Shown here one piece after another: positions 34,006-37,032 of a stretch of 37,032 nucleotides of DNA. The stretch's first letter is position 1. Each line of letters starts with the position of its first letter. Position numbers and translations under genes: made by a program. The DNA is from Octopus sinensis (Eukaryota): positions 1-37,032 of the forward strand of contig NW_021836847.1 of NCBI RefSeq assembly GCF_006345805.1, read 5' to 3'. The notes under the pieces are model-generated. The model did no database searches and had not been told where the DNA came from. It was given only the letters and a program-made list of their open reading frames with translations.

Positions 34006-35040
34006 ATATATATAATATGTAAATATTATTTGCAGAGTTATTGTATATGTAAAGAGGAAAGCGGAAATTTGTGGTATCATCAATTTCCCATTACATATGT
34101 TTCATTCGCTAATAGGAATTACAAAGATTTACATGTTAGGTAGACATGTAAACAATTTCCTATAAGATATTCACCACACACAGGAACAAAAAATATTATA
34201 TATTACAATATAGAAAAGTTTTTATTATAAATTTTTTCTTCAGTCTATCGAATTTCTAATAACCTGTAAATATCTGGAATTCTTATGAGCAAATGAAACT
34301 AGTATAATGGCGAATAAATAATACTAAAATATTTCCATTCTCCTGTTTTGTTTTATACATAGACTCACACACAGACACACATATATATATAAATATATGT
34401 ATGTACGTATATGTGTATATGTGGTTGGTTCTCAATCGAAAGACACCCGTTGTTATTTTCTTGTTGTTTGTATAGGTAATTGTGTACTATGTTCTCCATT
34501 CTTCGTCTTTTTGTGTACAAAGTTCTCAGTTTTTAGTCTTTGTTGCCGTACACAATCGCTACTTTTTTTACAAAGGGGTCTAATGTTCTTAAATTAGGCT
34601 TTTGGCGGGGAGCAATCAAATGCTACCGTCTCAAGTGTAACTGCCCGAAACGGTCATGACTTCTGGGACTTGACTGAGGAAAGAAGACCACGAATGACCC
34701 ATATTTTTCTTTGCCTAACATTCTAATTGTTGTTTCTCTTGCTCGCCATGTATCGTCTATCTCTCTGAATGTTTTATTGTACTCTATTGCGTTTTTGTTC
34801 CACATTTACTCTTTTACTCTTTTACTTGTTTCAGTCATTTGACTGCGGACATGCTGGAGCACCGCCTTTAGTCGACCAAATCGACTCCGGGACTTATTCT
34901 TTGTAAGCCCAGTACTTATTCTATCGGTTTGTTTTGCCGAACCGCTAAGTAATGGGGACGTAAACACACCAGCATCGGTTGTCAAGCAATGCTAGGGGGA
35001 CAAACACAGACACACAAACATATACACACACACTTATATA

Positions 35041-36311
35041 CAGGGTCAGGCAAAATGATCTGACAAATTTGTAGGTTAAATAAAAGGCAAATGAAGTAAA
35101 GAAACAAAAAAGTGTTTTTATTTTTGAAAAGTACATATAATGCCATTTTGTTTCATGTTTTAAAAATTAAATCAGTCAAATGGGATCCATTATTGTCCAC
35201 ACACTGTCGAAGGCGTTCACGAAAGTTGTCAATAACTCGGCGGGTCATTTCATGTGGAATGGCAGTAATTTATTGACGAATTGCATCTTTAAGTTGTTCA
35301 ATAGATCGAGGGCGATTAATGTATACCTTTGACTTGAGGTATCCCCAGAGAAAAAAATCGCACGGATTTAAATCAGGTGAACGGGCGGGCCAACCGATGT
35401 CACCACGCAATGAGATCAAATGACCAGGGAACATATTCCTCAAAATCCCCATCGCACATCGAGAAGTGTGGGCTGTTGCCCCATCCTGTTGAAACCAAAC
35501 ATTGTCCATATCGTGGAGCATATTCAATTTTGGTCTGAGAAAAGTCTCTAGCATCTCACAATATCGATCAGAGTTCACAGTCACTGTAACGTTGTCTTCT
35601 TCGAAGAAGTACGGACCCCATATACCGAATTCTGCCACAGCACACCATACAGTCACCCGAGGACAATGCAAAGGGCGTTCATGCAACTCACGAGGGTTGT
35701 TCTCGGTCCAGTATCTGAAGTTTTGCTTATTCACTGTGCCACACAGGTGAAAATGTGCCTCGTCACTGAACAACACAACTGCTGCATGGGGGACATGTTG
35801 TTGAATTTCCAAACACAATGCTCTGCGAGTTTCAGTGTCTCTTTCGATGAGTTCTTGTGCCAACATCATTTTGTATGGATGCATTTGAAGATCATTGTGA
35901 AGAATTCTTCGCAAACTTCTTTCGGAAAGTCTAAGAGCCTGGGCGCGTTTAAATGTGGAACGGCGTGGAGACTGTTGAACTGAAGCTCTTACCGCTACCA
36001 CATTTTCTGGAGTTCTGGCGGTGCGAGGTCGGCCGGTTGATTTTCGTTTCAATGCAGATCCAGTAGCTCTGAAGTTGGTAACCCATAACAAGATCGTGTT
36101 TCGAGCTGGTACGGGATCATGTCTACCAAGATTGAAGTGCAAACGGAACGCTCTTTGTGTTGCAGTTACAGAATTGTTTGTTTTGATAAACGTTTCCACA
36201 ATGAAAGCGCGATGCTCACCGGTCCAATTCATGGCAGCAACTGAAAAAGAAACGAAAAACAATGCCTTTTATTTAGCCTACAAATGTGTCAGATCATTTT
36301 GCCTGACCCTG
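35041..36311 (-). mobile_element. Tc1/mariner DNA transposon, DD41D (rosa/Visitor) type, 1271 bp
   Basis: 49-bp TIRs at 35041-35089 and 36263-36311 (CAGGGTCAGGCAAAATGATCTGACA..., 2 mismatches). TA on both flanks. Confidence 0.95.
35153..36232 (-). pseudogene. DD41D transposase, 359 aa with one premature TAA at 35270-35272
   Basis: FSDEAHF, WFQQDGATAH and WPARSPDLNPCDFFLWG motifs, with 41 residues between the second and third D. The frame continues past the stop as ITAIPHEMTRRVIDNFRERLRQCVDNNGSHLTDLIFKT. Confidence 0.93.
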
Positions 36312-36564
36312 TATATATACATATATACGACAGGCTTCTTTCAGTTTCCGTCTACCACATCCACTCACAAGGCATTGGTCGGCCCGGGGCTATAGCAGAA
36401 GACACTTGCCCAAGATGCCACGCAGTGAGACTGAAACCGGAACCATGTTGTTGGTTAGCAAGCTACTTACCACACAGCCACTCCTGCGCCTATTTATATA
36501 TATAATTACATATAAACATATATATATCGTATTAGCAGACAGGCAGACATACAGACAGACAGAC

Positions 36565-36634
<70 letters not shown>

Positions 36635-36782
36635 GGCAAATAAGACAAGAAGATACTAAAATAATTTTATCATGAGTACATTTTAGTACCGGTTTCCAAC
36701 TTTTAGACTTATTCAACTAAGAGTAAAACAAGAAAAACAATTAATTTTTTTGTAGATGTTTCCGTAATCTTCATATAATCTG

Positions 36783-36817
<35 letters not shown>

Positions 36818-36983
36818 TGTTTTTCTTTGTGAATAGGTGGGTAGTAGTAAACCTGAAGGAATATTTTGGGTACAGAAAATTGATGGTATAAGCAGGAGCA
36901 TCCGAGGGAGGAGAAGAATACACTCACACACACACATATATGTATATTATATGATATATTTTATATTATATATACACAATGTA

Positions 36984-37032
<49 letters not shown>

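Larger units (their letters stand above)
34805..36492 (-). mobile_element. SINE family B split by the Tc1/mariner insertion
   Basis: The 3' half (34805-35040) and the 5' half (36312-36492) rejoin into a copy very close to 8417-8820. Confidence 0.9.

Overview
This is repeat-saturated eukaryotic DNA, very likely from an octopus or other coleoid cephalopod (inferred from the tRNA-derived SINE families and the dense (TA)n/(GATA)n/(CA)n microsatellites). It looks intronic or intergenic, and no host gene is securely identifiable; there is one plausible minus-strand exon at 21607-21745. Nearly all short ORFs in the track are microsatellite or SINE read-throughs. Real coding remnants all belong to mobile elements: a near-complete CR1-group LINE ORF2 (APE+RT) broken only by about 8 single-base deletions, a DD41D (rosa/Visitor) Tc1/mariner with 49-bp TIRs inserted into a SINE, an open Penelope-like GIY-YIG endonuclease ORF, two decayed Penelope-like elements and an RTE fragment. 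The most striking signal is not in the ORF track: at least eight type I hammerhead-ribozyme motifs from unrelated repeat families, found by eye. Their stem III is a palindrome (ACGTACGT, ACAGCTGT, ATCGAT, ACAATTGT, ATCACGTGAT, ACGT). They sit in greater-than-unit-length tandem or inverted inserts, mostly landed in (TA)n tracts. This is a candidate Penelope/retrozyme-type system of self-cleaving RNAs. All structures were paired by hand; nothing was run computationally.
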